A DNA stretch of 64,000 bases from the NCBI RefSeq assembly GCF_009914755.1, contig NC_060930.1; one strand, 5' to 3'. A program made the translations under genes and the position numbers. Positions 62,339-64,000 of the stretch are shown in pieces. The notes under the pieces were generated by a model. It did not search any database, had not been told where the DNA came from, and worked only from the letters and a program-made list of their open reading frames with translations. Every line of letters begins with the position of its first letter. Within the stretch, counting starts at the first letter, position 1. Source of the stretch: the human T2T-CHM13v2.0 reference genome, Homo sapiens.

Positions 62339-64000
62339 TGTGCATTTTCACAATGCACAATCAAAATGCACAAATCAAAATACACAATCAAAACTGTGCA
62401 TTTTGGCAGCCTGGGCAGGTAACAAGATGCACTAAAGGGAAGAGATATGAGGTTTGAGGAGATGAGTCATGCTGTGGCATGACCAGGTCGGCAGAGGTGG
62501 CGATAGAGAAACAGACACGTGCGTGACTGAAGAAGAAGGAATCAGCTGGATCTGGTAACTGATAACAACCTGAGAAAGGGTAAGGCATCAAAGGCAATTC
62601 TGCACTTCTAAGGGCGACTACCTATACAGAGTGGTATCATTAACAGAAAGCAAGAATTCAGAAAGCAGAACCAGACTAAGTTATTTATGAACACATGCCT
62701 CTTCAAGACACTCATATATCAGGTAATTAATCAAAGAATCTGAATTCTAGTTAAAATATGAGAAGAACTTCAAAAGGTTGAGATTTGAATTTGGTGGGAT
62801 GGGGTGAAATAGTCACTTTTAAAGAGGTTGGGATTGAGGTGGGGCACAACACCTAATGTGAAAATGTCCAAAAGAGAGCTAGAAATATGTGATTGAAACA
62901 TAAAATAGTTTCAAGCCAAAATACAGACCTGAGAATTATTGGATATGGTAGAATCAAAAGAAGTGGGAGAGACCTCTATGAGAAAAATCATAGAAAAAGG
63001 CAGAGGCTGAGAACTAGAAAGAGATACGTGGGACACCCGACTACTGCCGTTATGGGGAACAAAAAAAGTCCAGGTTATCCATTCCTAGCCATATGAGCAT
63101 ACGGAGAATAATACAGCATTTCTCTTACCCTTAGCACTTAAGTAATAAGTACAAACATGTATTCACCATGTGTGTGTGCCAGGGTATGAACAGTCATAAG
63201 TCAGTGGGTCACAACCTACAAAGAAGCTGCTGTGGCCTTCATTTTAAAAGTGAGGAGACAGGTAAGGCTTAGAGAGATCGTACAGTTGGTCTGTGACATG
63301 TTTGGCACTCCAGCCCAGGGACTCTTTCTCTAGATGGCATGTCCTTCCCACTAGGGGGTTATGCACCCTCCTGAGTGGCCTTTACAGCAGACACACCTGC
63401 TCTCTAACCTTCTGTCACTTTCTACGGGAACTCTGTATGAGCCAAATGACTATTCACAGAAAACAGGCAAGAAATGCCAAATGCCCTTATGACCGGACTT
63501 AATTATTTATGACTATGTTATCCTTTAAGGCTGCTTCTCATATGTCAGGTAATGAAGCAGAAACCAAACCTCACTTCCAGTTAAAGCACAAGAAGAACCT
63601 CCAGAGAGTGAGATTTGATTTGAAAATCAAGTATGCTAAATTGTTCCTGTCTCAAGTTCTCCTCCATGGAACAATAATTAGAAGAGGAAACAATAATTGG
63701 AAAAGGGAAAGTGAACATGTCCTGCTTCTAAAATGTTACCAAGATCCCACAGCACATCCGCCCAATTTAATCCTTTTACCCAAGCTACTGCCGAAGCAGA
63801 AAAGAAAGGCAAGGATACCAAAGAGGCTGCTTTCCAAAGCATCTAAAGCTTCAACTATGAGAATTGTTCTAAAAGAACAACAGAATCAAACACTATTGTA
63901 GACAAGCACCGTAACTCAAAATTACAAACGAAAATTATCTGAATCCTCCAAGTCACAAAATGAGAACAAAGAGCCAAAAAGCCAATAAAGCAGAAAGTGG

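Noticed and set aside
63509-63901. 130-aa plus-strand ORF
   Set aside because: No recognisable homology, domain or splice context; likely a chance ORF antisense to intron 3

Overview
Primate (very likely human) genomic DNA lying entirely inside MAP3K5 (ASK1, apoptosis signal-regulating kinase 1), which is transcribed on the minus strand. Ten internal coding exons were read directly from the sequence, each with GT-AG boundaries and consistent phases: 60665-60858, 59395-59563, 58127-58233, 56316-56486, 31457-31569, 21392-21551, 18480-18633, 13157-13264, 4693-4742 and 1726-1821. By recalled numbering these are exons 4-13. They encode about residues 205-645: the end of the thioredoxin-binding domain including Cys250, the TPR central regulatory region and most of the PH-like domain. 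The rest is intron, rich in about 30 Alus, a 2.2 kb 5'-truncated L1PA with a clear TSD, old L1M/L2/MIR pieces, MaLR LTRs, DNA transposon MITEs (MER1A, MER58A, Tigger4a, MER5) and microsatellites. Nearly all long ORFs in the track are Alu/L1 artefacts. The main hunt result concerns the compact exon 4-7 cluster, whose geometry suits back-splicing. A 641-nt exon 4-7 circle would carry a closed 213-codon ORF whose stop and start overlap at the back-splice junction (UG|AUG). The Alu-bracketed exon 5-7 circle (447 nt) would be a stop-less rolling ORF. Several local duplication and templated-insertion scars are also visible. Repeat boundaries and subfamilies were assigned by eye and are approximate.
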